The notes: generated from the letters alone by a model not told the origin. Shown: positions 22,296-31,550, numbered from the stretch's first letter. The stretch is DNA of 39,284 nucleotides from an uncultured Candidatus Saccharibacteria bacterium (GCA_964584545.1 CAZPAG010000007.1:6127-45410), one strand, 5' to 3'. Numbers and translations are program-made.

Positions 22296-24427
22296 TTAAG
22301 TCTTTAGTAAAAATTATTTCAATATTATTGGTTGTAGGGCTGAACTGGGCCGGGCTTTCGGCCGTATGGCAAACCTCAGCTTATTTTAATGACGTAGAAA
22401 CCTCTTTGGTAAATACTTTTTCAGCAGCGAATTTGGATTTTTCGTTAAATGGCGGAGTGGATTTTTCGCCAGGGACATTAAATCTGGGAGGGTCAGCGAC
22501 GAGAAATATTTCTCTTCAAAATGATGGGAGTTTAGGATTTCAATATAAAGTTGGCTACGAAGAAGTTTCCGGCAATCTCTGCGATTATTTAAATTTAACA
22601 GCCGGAGTATATTCAGGACTATTGAAAGATTTTACCAATCAAGGGCCGTTTACTTTTTCTGGAACGCCAAGTTGGGATTTTACTGTGTCTTTGCCGTTAG
22701 ATGCTCCAGACGATTTACAAGGAGAAGTCTGTAATTTCAAATTTGTTTTTAACGGTTGGCAAGAAAATTTAACAGAGGGTCAAGGTTTCAGCGATACGGA
22801 AGAAATTACAAATACTATTTTGGCTGATTATTGGAATCCTCCAGTTGTTTTAAATGAAATTTTACCGAATCCTGAAGGAGACGATTGTTCTCTCTCGGGC
22901 ATTAACGGCGAATGGGTTGAAATTTATAACAAAACTTCTTCTCCGTTAGATTTGGCCGATTGGTATATCGAAGACGCAGACGGTAATAGAATTACCATAC
23001 AGACGATAAATACTTTAGGAGGTTCTACGACTATCGACGCCAACGGTTGGCTGGTGGTGTTCCTGAACTATTGTATTTTGGACAACACCGCAGATACGGT
23101 TAGTCTATATAATAACAATGGAGTTCAAGCTGATTCCTATTCTTACGCCGTACCGGATTATAATATTAATAATACCCCCGGCTCAACGAATGATATGGCA
23201 ATGTATTTGCCTCTGAACGGCGATACTAATGACCAAAGCGGAAACGGGAATAATGGGACGAATAATGGGGCCGTGTTTGAATCAGGCAAAATCAATCAAG
23301 GATTAAGTTTTGATGGAACAGATGATTATGTAAATTGTGGAACCAATGGGAGTTTGAATATTCTTAACGAACTTACGATAGAGGCATGGATAAACCCAGA
23401 CACAGTGCTTAAGTCTTATTATCATAGTTCAATAGTGGATCGTGGAAACAGCTACTGGTTCTTAATATTGAAGACAGGGGAATTGGCCTTTTTACGTTTC
23501 AATCAAAATGACCCAGAGACGGGTTATGGACGTTTTAGCCTTCTTTCTACTGCCGCCACCATTCCGACAGGAACATGGACTCATGTTGCTGCCACATATT
23601 CCGTATTCGGCGGAAACGCGGTAAAACTTTATATCAATGGAGAATTGAGCGGAGCAGGAAGCTTTACAAATGGGCCAATTGATAGCTCGGGCAGCGCTTT
23701 AACAATAGGAAATAGAATGGGTTTGCATAATTTCGATGGTTCTATTGACGAAATCAAGATATACAATCGAGCCTTAGATGATTCAGAGGTTGCAAGCCAT
23801 TACGGACAGGTTCCGGAAAATAAATCTTATGCCAGAATTCCAGACGGCAGTTCAAATTGGGTAGACCCTGTTCCTACGCCCGGCGGACCGAATATTGAGA
23901 TAGCAGAAATAAATAATTTTGCTGACGCAATAGAACTATCGGAGCAGAAAGAAATTTTTGTAATGGGTGAAATCGCAGAAGAAGAAGCTGTATCTGAAGA
24001 CACGGTAATCGGACAAATGGCCATTGGGCAAAATGGAGAATTAGCTATTATCACCGAAGAAATAACTACAACAGAAGAAAATCAGGGGCAAGGAGGAATA
24101 ATAGAGGAAATAAATGAAATAATTGATGAGGTAATTAATGAGATAGTAGACGAAATAATGCCGGATGAAGAAATAGGGGATGAAGTAGTTTTAGAATTAG
24201 AAGCTCCAGTTATCGAAGATGTCTCAATTATTGAGGAGGCGCCCGCAGATGAAATTCCGGTAATTGAAGAACAACCAGTAATTGAAACGCCGTCCGCAAC
24301 CGAAGAACAGCCGGTGATTGCGTCGGATAATGTTTCTGTTGAGCAAACTCCTGCGCCAGAGAGCGGAGGAGACAGTGGCGGAGGTGAAACGGTAAACGCG
24401 GCTCCATCAGACGGAGTAACAGAATAA
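22292..24427 (+). CDS. Large secreted multidomain protein: TasA-like N-domain + lamin-tail domain + LamG/concanavalin-like domain + acidic repeat tail
   Basis: SAYFNDVETSLVNTFSAANL (SipW-class N-terminus). VVLNEILPNPEGDD...GEWVEIYN...LADWYIED (LTD). LPLNGDTNDQSGNGNNGT...LSFDGTDDYV...LTIEAWI...WTHVAATY...FDGSIDEIKIYNRAL (LamG_3). C-terminal E/I/V-rich tail. 4-nt ATGA overlap with sipW. Confidence 0.8.
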   Translation: MIKSLVKIISILLVVGLNWAGLSAVWQTSAYFNDVETSLVNTFSAANLDFSLNGGVDFSPGTLNLGGSATRNISLQNDGSLGFQYKVGYEEVSGNLCDYLNLTAGVYSGLLKDFTNQGPFTFSGTPSWDFTVSLPLDAPDDLQGEVCNFKFVFNGWQENLTEGQGFSDTEEITNTILADYWNPPVVLNEILPNPEGDDCSLSGINGEWVEIYNKTSSPLDLADWYIEDADGNRITIQTINTLGGSTTIDANGWLVVFLNYCILDNTADTVSLYNNNGVQADSYSYAVPDYNINNTPGSTNDMAMYLPLNGDTNDQSGNGNNGTNNGAVFESGKINQGLSFDGTDDYVNCGTNGSLNILNELTIEAWINPDTVLKSYYHSSIVDRGNSYWFLILKTGELAFLRFNQNDPETGYGRFSLLSTAATIPTGTWTHVAATYSVFGGNAVKLYINGELSGAGSFTNGPIDSSGSALTIGNRMGLHNFDGSIDEIKIYNRALDDSEVASHYGQVPENKSYARIPDGSSNWVDPVPTPGGPNIEIAEINNFADAIELSEQKEIFVMGEIAEEEAVSEDTVIGQMAIGQNGELAIITEEITTTEENQGQGGIIEEINEIIDEVINEIVDEIMPDEEIGDEVVLELEAPVIEDVSIIEEAPADEIPVIEEQPVIETPSATEEQPVIASDNVSVEQTPAPESGGDSGGGETVNAAPSDGVTE

Positions 24428-24428
24428 T

Positions 24429-25622
24429 ATGGATAAAATAACAAAAACAATTTTAATCTTCTCGGTAGTATTCATAGGGATATCTCTTTTTGTTGCCCCT
24501 CCGGCTTTAGCCGCGGCTAATTTGGTTGTTAATTTTGAAAATAGTCCTTTATTTAATGAAGCGAATTTTGTTCCGGGAGAAAGCGTCAGCCGTTGGGTAA
24601 AAGTCGCCAATAACAGCGGCAGCGCTCAAAGAATTGCCGCAGAGACCGTAAGCGAAAATAATCCTGACAATTTCGCTTCTAAATTAAATTTGACGATTAA
24701 AGAAGGAGCGACAGTTATTTTTAACAATACTCTTGCCGCGTTTTTTGACCAGGGAGAAACTTATTTGTCTAGCTTATCTATCGGAGGCCAGACGCAGTAT
24801 GATTTTATAATCACTTTTGATTCTGGGGCAAATGACGATTATCAGGGAAAAATTTTAGGATTTGATATTATAATTGGGTTTGAAGGTACTGATGGCGGAT
24901 TACCTCCGCCTCCTTCAGGCGAAGGTGGCGGCGGAGGATTGCCTGTGGGTTTGACCATAGTGAATGAATCTAATCCATATATTGGAGAAACGAGCGTAAC
25001 TATAACGTGGAATACTTCATATGCCGCCACAAGCCAAGTGATATATTCTATAGCAGGGGAGACTCATATTTTAGATTTAACTGATAATGCCGGTACGCCC
25101 CCGACTTACGGGTATTCTCACACAACTCCGGAATACGATATAAGCCCGAAAGTTACTTACCATTCGGTCACTATCGCGGGGTTAACGTCGGGAACGACAT
25201 ATTACTATCGTGCGGTGTCGCACGGCTCATTGGCGATCAGCGAGGAATATAGTTTCGTTACAAAGGGCGTGGCTGGAGCAGCAACTACTGGCAGTGAAAC
25301 CGGAGAAACGGCAGAGGAAGTTAAAGGCACGACATCCTCGGGGAATCCTTTACCTTCAGAAGGCGAACAGGGGAATGTATTACCAGAAAATAGTGAGGGT
25401 TTATCTACCGGTACTAGTCAGGGAACAGAAGGGGGTGGAATTGGAGAAGCGGTAGAAAACAATGAAGAAAAAGGCGGAAACGCCCAAAACTCATGGCTGG
25501 CGGCAATTGGAGGAATACCTCTTGGTTGGAAGATTCTTTTATTAATACTTATTGTTGTCGGCTTGATGCTGCTAATCCTGTGGCTTATCGGGAAAAGAAG
25601 GAAAAAACGCACCAAAATTTAA
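24429..25622 (+). CDS. Secreted beta-sandwich + FN3-like protein with C-terminal TM anchor and basic tail
   Basis: Signal peptide ...ALAAANL. A TasA-like block FVPGESVSRWVKVANNSG. A Gly/Pro linker. An FN3-like block VTITWNT...TYYYRAVS. C-terminal WKILLLILIVVGLMLLILWLIGKRRKKRTKI. Confidence 0.7.
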   Translation: MDKITKTILIFSVVFIGISLFVAPPALAAANLVVNFENSPLFNEANFVPGESVSRWVKVANNSGSAQRIAAETVSENNPDNFASKLNLTIKEGATVIFNNTLAAFFDQGETYLSSLSIGGQTQYDFIITFDSGANDDYQGKILGFDIIIGFEGTDGGLPPPPSGEGGGGGLPVGLTIVNESNPYIGETSVTITWNTSYAATSQVIYSIAGETHILDLTDNAGTPPTYGYSHTTPEYDISPKVTYHSVTIAGLTSGTTYYYRAVSHGSLAISEEYSFVTKGVAGAATTGSETGETAEEVKGTTSSGNPLPSEGEQGNVLPENSEGLSTGTSQGTEGGGIGEAVENNEEKGGNAQNSWLAAIGGIPLGWKILLLILIVVGLMLLILWLIGKRRKKRTKI

Positions 25623-25641
25623 TACTAAGTATAAATAATTA

Positions 25642-25666
25642 ATCGGGGCTTTGCCCTGATTTTTTA
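25642..25666 (+). terminator. Rho-independent terminator ending the fibre locus
   Basis: atcggggc-tttg-ccctgat hairpin followed by T5. Confidence 0.7.
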
Positions 25667-25687
25667 TTTAAGGTATACTTGACTAAT

Positions 25688-27601
25688 ATGCAAAAGATTG
25701 GAGATTCGTACTATCCAAGCGAAGATTTCAAGAAGAAAGCCTGGATAAATAACGAGAAGATTTATAACGAAGCAGATAAGGATCCTGTTAAATTCTGGGA
25801 AAAACTGGCTAAAGATTTGGTTTGGAGAAAAAAATGGAAAAAAGCGTTTGAACATAGCCCTCCATATATAAAATGGTTTTTAGGAGGAAAACTGAATATC
25901 ACAGAAAGTGCTTTAGACCAGAATCTTAAGAAGAACAAGGAAAGGGTGGCTTTAATTTGGGAGCCAGAACCTGTCGGAGAGGACTCGTTATGTTTAACTT
26001 ACGGAGAGCTTTCAAAAAGAGTTTTTAAGTTCGCCAACGGATTGAGAAAACTGGGAGTCAAAAAAGGGGACAGAGTGGGTATTTATCTGCCGATGATTTC
26101 AGAAATCATAATCTCAATGATGGCCTGCGCTAGAATCGGGGCGGTCCATAGCGTTGTTTTTTCCGCCTTTTCCCCCCAGTCTTTGAAAGCGAGATTACAG
26201 GATGCTGAAGCCAAAGTTTTGATAACAGCGGACGGATATTACAGAAGAGGGCAGGTTATGAATTTAAAGCAGAATGCCGATGAGGGAGCAAAGGATACGA
26301 AAGTAGAAAAAATAATCGTAGTTAAAAGGGCGAAGAATGAAATTGTTTGGAATGAAGGCAGGGATATCTGGTATGACGATCTGGTAAAGGATGAAAAGAA
26401 TGTCTGTCAACCAGAGATAATGGATTCTGAAGATCCGATGTTTATTCTCTATACTTCAGGCTCCACCGGGAAGCCGAAAGGAGTTTTGCATACTTGCGGA
26501 GGATATGCAGTTCAGGCTAAATTTACCGGTAAATTCATATTTGATTTTCATAAAGAAGACGTTTTTTGGTGCACTTCAGACCCGGGCTGGATTACGGGAC
26601 ACACATACACTATTTATTCTCCTTTGATCAACGAAGTTCCTACCTTGATGTTTGAAGGAGCTCCTGATTTTCCTTCTCCTGACAGATGGGCCCAGATTAT
26701 CGAAAAGCATAAGGTGACTATTTTCTATACCGCCCCTACTGCCATAAGAATGTTTGAAAAATATGGGGCAGAAATTCTTAAAAATTATCCATTCGGGAGC
26801 TTACGGCTTCTGGGTTCGGTCGGGGAACCAATAGATGAATCGGCCTGGCTCTGGTATTTCAACGAGGTAGGAAAAGGAAAGTGTCCGATTGTGGATACCT
26901 GGTGGCAGACCGAAACAGGGGGAATCCTTATTACTTCTTTGCCGGGAGTGGGGCCTTTTAAACCCTCTTTTACAGGAAGGCCGTTCCCCGGGATAAAGGC
27001 TGATATTCTAGACGATAGCGGGAAGCCTTGCGAATCTGGTAAAGTCGGGAATTTGGTCATATTAAGCCCATTTTCACCGGGGTTGCTTAGGGATGTTTAT
27101 AAGAATCCTGATAAGTATCTGGAAACTTATTGGAGCAAATACGGCAAAGAGGTTTATTTCACTTCTGATGGCGCATACAGGGATGAAAACGGCTTAATCA
27201 GGATTATCGGCAGAGTTGACGATGTTATTAAGGTTGCCGGTCACAGGGTTTCAACCGGTGAATTGGAAGCCGCAGTAAACGACCATAAGGAGATAAGCGA
27301 GTGCGCCGTGGTGGGGATACCGGATCATATCAAAGGAGAGGTTCCTGTCGTGTTCGCGGTATATCTTGGCGGTAGAGTAGCAGAGGATATTAAAAAGGAG
27401 ATCGTTAATGCTATTAGAAAAGAAATAGGGCCCATCTCCTTGCCAAAAGAAATTTATCTGGTTCCTGATTTGCCCAAGACAAGATCTGGGAAAATAATGA
27501 GGAGGATATTGAGGAAATTGTTTACCGGAGAAGAATTGGGAGATTTATCTACTTTATCCAATCCTGAAATTGTAGAAAAAATTGAGTTGTTAATTAAATA
27601 A
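25688..27601 (+). CDS. acs: Acetyl-CoA synthetase (AMP-forming)
   Basis: YTSGSTGKPKGV AMP-binding motif, WWQTETGG, and a C-terminal TRSGKIMRR. The ATG at 25688 is preferred over the TTG at 25679. Confidence 0.92.
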   Translation: MQKIGDSYYPSEDFKKKAWINNEKIYNEADKDPVKFWEKLAKDLVWRKKWKKAFEHSPPYIKWFLGGKLNITESALDQNLKKNKERVALIWEPEPVGEDSLCLTYGELSKRVFKFANGLRKLGVKKGDRVGIYLPMISEIIISMMACARIGAVHSVVFSAFSPQSLKARLQDAEAKVLITADGYYRRGQVMNLKQNADEGAKDTKVEKIIVVKRAKNEIVWNEGRDIWYDDLVKDEKNVCQPEIMDSEDPMFILYTSGSTGKPKGVLHTCGGYAVQAKFTGKFIFDFHKEDVFWCTSDPGWITGHTYTIYSPLINEVPTLMFEGAPDFPSPDRWAQIIEKHKVTIFYTAPTAIRMFEKYGAEILKNYPFGSLRLLGSVGEPIDESAWLWYFNEVGKGKCPIVDTWWQTETGGILITSLPGVGPFKPSFTGRPFPGIKADILDDSGKPCESGKVGNLVILSPFSPGLLRDVYKNPDKYLETYWSKYGKEVYFTSDGAYRDENGLIRIIGRVDDVIKVAGHRVSTGELEAAVNDHKEISECAVVGIPDHIKGEVPVVFAVYLGGRVAEDIKKEIVNAIRKEIGPISLPKEIYLVPDLPKTRSGKIMRRILRKLFTGEELGDLSTLSNPEIVEKIELLIK

Positions 27602-27602
27602 T

Positions 27603-29984
27603 ATGGTAAAAGAACAAAAATTAGTCTTAAAATTTTCTGAAATATCCAAAAAGGACGTCGCTTTGGTCGGCGGAAAGAACGCCTCCTTGGGAGAGATGTT
27701 TTCTAATTTAGGAAAAAAAGGAATAAGCGTTCCTGACGGTTTTGCGACAACCAGCCATGCTTACTGGTATTTCTTAAAGAAAAATGGCCTTTTACCGAAA
27801 CTCAAAGAGATATTTAAAGAGCTGGACACAAAAGACGTTAATTCGTTAAAGAAGGTCAGCAAAGAAGCAAGAAGTCTGATTTTACGGTCGAAATTTCCGG
27901 AAGATTTAGAGAAAGAGATAATAAAATCGTATAGAGAATTATCCAAGAAATACGGCGTAAAATACACCGATGTGGCTGCCAGAAGTTCGGCAACGGCAGA
28001 AGATTTACCGTCGGCTTCGTTTGCCGGCCAGCACGAAACATATTTAAACCTCAAGGGAGAAAAAGAGGTTTTGGAAGGGGTTAAAAAATGTATTGCCTCT
28101 TTGTTCTTAGATCGGGCCATCTCCTACAGGGAAGAAAAGGGGTTTAACCATTTTAAAATCGCTTTATCTGTCGGAGTTATGAAAATGGTGAGGTCGGATT
28201 TGAGTTCTTCGGGGGTGATATTCACTTTGGATACCGAAACAGGGTTCAAAGACGTAGTTTTGATTAACGGTTCCTGGGGGTTGGGGGAAATGGTGGTGAA
28301 AGGTAGGGTTGTGCCAGACGAGTTTTTCGTTTTTAAAACAACTCTTAAAAAAGGATTTAAGCCCATAATTTCAAAGACCTTGGGGACCAAAAAAGTGAAG
28401 CTCATCTACAGCTCAAAAGAAACAAAAGAATTGGCGGTTTCCAAAAAAGATCGGGATAAGTTTGTGGTAAACGACAAAGAGATTTTACAACTGGCTAAGT
28501 GGGCTTGCGATATTGAAGACCATTACGGCCAGCCTATGGATATTGAGTGGGCAAAGGACGGCAAAACCGGGAAGCTTTTTATCGTCCAGGCAAGGCCGGA
28601 AACGATTCATACTGCAAAGATTAGCCAGAGCTATACCAGGTATGTTTCAAAAGGAAAGGGCAAGCCTATTTTGGAAGGGGAAGCTATTGGCTCAAAAATA
28701 GCCGTAGGCAAGGTGAAAATTATTCCCAATGTTTCTGAAATTAATAATTTTAAGCCAGGACAGGTTTTGGTAACCCAAATGACTGACCCGGATTGGACCA
28801 GCATTATGAAGCAAGCAAAAGCCATAATCACCGAAGAAGGAGGAAGAACCTGTCACGCGGCAATAGTCAGTCGGGAGCTGGGTATTCCTTGTATCGTGGG
28901 AGCAAGGCAGGCTACGAAGGTTTTGAAGCCGGGTCAGGATATTACCGTGGACTGCTCGGGCGGGCAGCAAGGCCTTGTTTTTGCCGGCCAGCTGGAGTTT
29001 GAAATTAAAAAGTACGATTTGAAGAAGATTCCCGAAACCAAGACAAAGATAATGATGAATTTGGGCCAACCGGATTCAGCTTTCTCAAATTCGTTTTTAC
29101 CGAATTCCGGAGTGGGATTAGCCAGGGAGGAATTCATTATCGCTTCTAAAATCCAGATTCATCCTCTGGCCTTATATAATTTTAATAAGTTAAAAAGTAA
29201 GGCTTTGAAAAAGAAGATTGAAGAAATTACAGTTGGCTATAAAGATAAGAAAGAGTATTTCATATCCAGGCTGGCTGAAGGAGTCGGAAAAATTGGAGCT
29301 GCTTTTTATCCGAAGCCCGTGATTGTCAGATTTTCTGATTTTAAAACCAATGAGTATGCCCAGTTGCTGGGAGGTGAATTTTTCGAACCGAAAGAGTCAA
29401 ATCCTATGATCGGCTGGCGGGGAGCTTCAAGGTATTATGACGAGAAATTCAAGCCGGCTTTTGAGATGGAATGTAAAGCGTTAAAAAGAGCGATAGAAGT
29501 CTTCGGTTTAAAAAATATCTGGGTTATGGTTCCTTTCTGCAGAACAGCTGAAGAAGGAAAGAAGGTACTGGATTTAATAAAGAAGTTTGGCTTGGAAGGA
29601 GACGGATTGAAAAAAATAGTTATGTGCGAGATTCCTTCAAATGTGGAGCTGGCAGAAGATTTTCTGGAGATCTTCGACGGGATGAGCATAGGCAGTAATG
29701 ACCTGACCCAATTGGTTCTGGGCTTGGACAGGGATTCGGCTTTGATTTCCCATATCGGAGACGAGAGGAACGAGGCGGTTAAAAAAATGATTTCAAAAAT
29801 AATCAGAGTTTGCAAAAAGAAGAAAAAATACTGCGGTATCTGCGGAGAAGCGCCGAGTTCCTTTCCGGAATTCGCGGAATTTTTGGTGGAAGAGGGGATT
29901 GAATCAATGTCTTTGAATCCTGATACGGTTATTCAAACTACGCTTACTGTCGCTAAAAAAGAAAAACAATTAAAAAATAAATAA
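27603..29984 (+). CDS. ppsA: Phosphoenolpyruvate synthase (pyruvate, water dikinase)
   Basis: N-terminal ATP-grasp GGKNASLGEM, phospho-His swivel domain GGRTCHAAIVSRELGIPCIVG, and a C-terminal PEP-utilising TIM barrel (GSNDLTQ). Confidence 0.92.
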   Translation: MVKEQKLVLKFSEISKKDVALVGGKNASLGEMFSNLGKKGISVPDGFATTSHAYWYFLKKNGLLPKLKEIFKELDTKDVNSLKKVSKEARSLILRSKFPEDLEKEIIKSYRELSKKYGVKYTDVAARSSATAEDLPSASFAGQHETYLNLKGEKEVLEGVKKCIASLFLDRAISYREEKGFNHFKIALSVGVMKMVRSDLSSSGVIFTLDTETGFKDVVLINGSWGLGEMVVKGRVVPDEFFVFKTTLKKGFKPIISKTLGTKKVKLIYSSKETKELAVSKKDRDKFVVNDKEILQLAKWACDIEDHYGQPMDIEWAKDGKTGKLFIVQARPETIHTAKISQSYTRYVSKGKGKPILEGEAIGSKIAVGKVKIIPNVSEINNFKPGQVLVTQMTDPDWTSIMKQAKAIITEEGGRTCHAAIVSRELGIPCIVGARQATKVLKPGQDITVDCSGGQQGLVFAGQLEFEIKKYDLKKIPETKTKIMMNLGQPDSAFSNSFLPNSGVGLAREEFIIASKIQIHPLALYNFNKLKSKALKKKIEEITVGYKDKKEYFISRLAEGVGKIGAAFYPKPVIVRFSDFKTNEYAQLLGGEFFEPKESNPMIGWRGASRYYDEKFKPAFEMECKALKRAIEVFGLKNIWVMVPFCRTAEEGKKVLDLIKKFGLEGDGLKKIVMCEIPSNVELAEDFLEIFDGMSIGSNDLTQLVLGLDRDSALISHIGDERNEAVKKMISKIIRVCKKKKKYCGICGEAPSSFPEFAEFLVEEGIESMSLNPDTVIQTTLTVAKKEKQLKNK

Positions 29985-30075
29985 TATGGCGGAGGTCAAA
30001 GTTTTAATAGAAGGATATACAAGTGCTCCGGTTGTAGTGGAGGGAGAAGAATAGAAAACATGCCCGACGATAACC

Positions 30076-30552
30076 TTGATAAAAGATAAAAATGTTATAA
30101 TGGTCGTTGATCCCGGAATGTTAGAAAACCAAGATATTCTTGTTGATGCTTTACGTGAAGATGGTTTATCTGTAAAAGATGTAAACATTATCTGTATAAC
30201 CCACGGCCACATGGATCATTACAGAAATATTGGGATGTTCCCCGTCGCAAAATCATTAGATCATGGAGGATTATACTTTGGGAACAGAGCGGTTGACTGG
30301 GAAGAACAATTTACAAAAAATATTAGAATAGTTAGAACACCGGGGCACAGCTATGACGGGATTACGCTTTTTGTGAAAACCGATAAGGGAATTATTGCCG
30401 TTTGCGGCGATGTTTTTTGGAGAGAAAATTTTCCGACAGACGATCCATACGCTAGCGATAAAGAAAAACTAGGAGAAAGTAGGAAAAAAGTTTTAGAAAT
30501 AGCTGACTGGGTTATTCCCGGCCATGGTGGAATGTTTAAAGTGATTAAATAA
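30076..30552 (+). CDS. MBL-fold metallo-hydrolase; N-terminal 22 codons separated by an in-frame TAG
   Basis: HxHxDH motif (THGHMDH). The same frame upstream reads MAEVKVLIEGYTSAPVVVEGEE-TAG-KTCPTITLIKDKNVIMVVDPG, starting from the ATG at 29986. Confidence 0.7.
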   Translation: MIKDKNVIMVVDPGMLENQDILVDALREDGLSVKDVNIICITHGHMDHYRNIGMFPVAKSLDHGGLYFGNRAVDWEEQFTKNIRIVRTPGHSYDGITLFVKTDKGIIAVCGDVFWRENFPTDDPYASDKEKLGESRKKVLEIADWVIPGHGGMFKVIK

Positions 30553-30563
30553 ATTTAAATAAT

Positions 30564-31550
30564 ATGTTTGATGTAATAACTTTTGGTTCAGCTACCCAGG
30601 ATTTATATGTAAAATCAAAGAAATTTTTGCCGGTTTTGAATAAGGTGTTTACTACGGGCAGAGGTATCTATTTTGAATACGGTTCAAAAATCGAAGCAGA
30701 GGATATTGTTTTTGCTTCAGGAGGAGGAGGAACAAACAGCGCAGCCGTCTTGGCAAAGCTGGGGTTAAAAGTTGCTTACTGCGGTATGGTCGGGGATGAT
30801 TGTTTTGGTAATTTGATAATAAAAGAGCTGGATAGATTTAAAATTAACACAAGTTTTATAAAAAAAACCAGTAAGAAGCCTACCAATATCTCTGTTTTCT
30901 TGACCTATCCCGGGAAAGACAGGACGGTGTTGGTTCACCGCGGAGCTTCGGATATCTTGTCTAAAAAAGATATTCCCTGGCAGAAGATTAAAAATACAAA
31001 ATGGTTTTATCTCGGCCCTTTTGCGGGAAAATTGGCAAATTTAACAGAGGGTTTAGTGAATTTTGCCAAGAAAAATAATATTAAAGTGGCTTTAAACCCG
31101 GGATACAACCAGCTAACTCTGCCTCAGCCGGTTTTAAAGAGAATATTAGCCAAAGTGGACATTCTAATTTTGAACAAAGAGGAGGCTTGTCTTCTTTCAA
31201 AAATTTCTTACAAAAAGGAAAAAAAGATATTCAGTAAGCTTGACAGGTTGGTTTCGGGAATCTGCATAATGACAAAAGGAGGGCAAGGCGCGGTAGTTTC
31301 TGACGGAACATATTTATATCGTGCGCCTTCTCTGGGGCTTAAGGTAGTCGACAGCACAGGGGCCGGAGACACTTTTGGAGCTAGCTTTGTGGCGGGCATA
31401 ATGGAGAAAGACGACATAACTTACGCCATACAGCTGGGAATGGCAAATTCCGCCTATAATATCGTTAAATTTGGAGCTAAAGTGGGCATACTAAAGAAGG
31501 GCCAATCCTGGCCAAAGGTTAAAGTATCAAAAGAATCATGTTCTATATGA
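30564..31550 (+). CDS. PfkB-family carbohydrate kinase
   Basis: GGGGTNSA near the N-terminus and DSTGAGDTFGASFVAG (PfkB signature 2). Adjacent to fba, so a sugar-phosphate kinase role is plausible. Confidence 0.8.
   Translation: MFDVITFGSATQDLYVKSKKFLPVLNKVFTTGRGIYFEYGSKIEAEDIVFASGGGGTNSAAVLAKLGLKVAYCGMVGDDCFGNLIIKELDRFKINTSFIKKTSKKPTNISVFLTYPGKDRTVLVHRGASDILSKKDIPWQKIKNTKWFYLGPFAGKLANLTEGLVNFAKKNNIKVALNPGYNQLTLPQPVLKRILAKVDILILNKEEACLLSKISYKKEKKIFSKLDRLVSGICIMTKGGQGAVVSDGTYLYRAPSLGLKVVDSTGAGDTFGASFVAGIMEKDDITYAIQLGMANSAYNIVKFGAKVGILKKGQSWPKVKVSKESCSI

Noticed and set aside
25210-25455. 81-aa alternative-frame ORF inside the 397-aa fibre-locus gene
   Set aside because: It overlaps the low-complexity Gly/Glu/Thr-rich region of the main frame. 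It has no independent start signals and its composition is an artefact of the repeat-like sequence.
6512-30054. The in-frame TAA (6512) and TAG (30052) as evidence of stop-codon reassignment
   Set aside because: TAA and TAG are used as normal terminators by many well-conserved genes in the window. Two isolated events are better explained by nonsense mutation or sequencing error.
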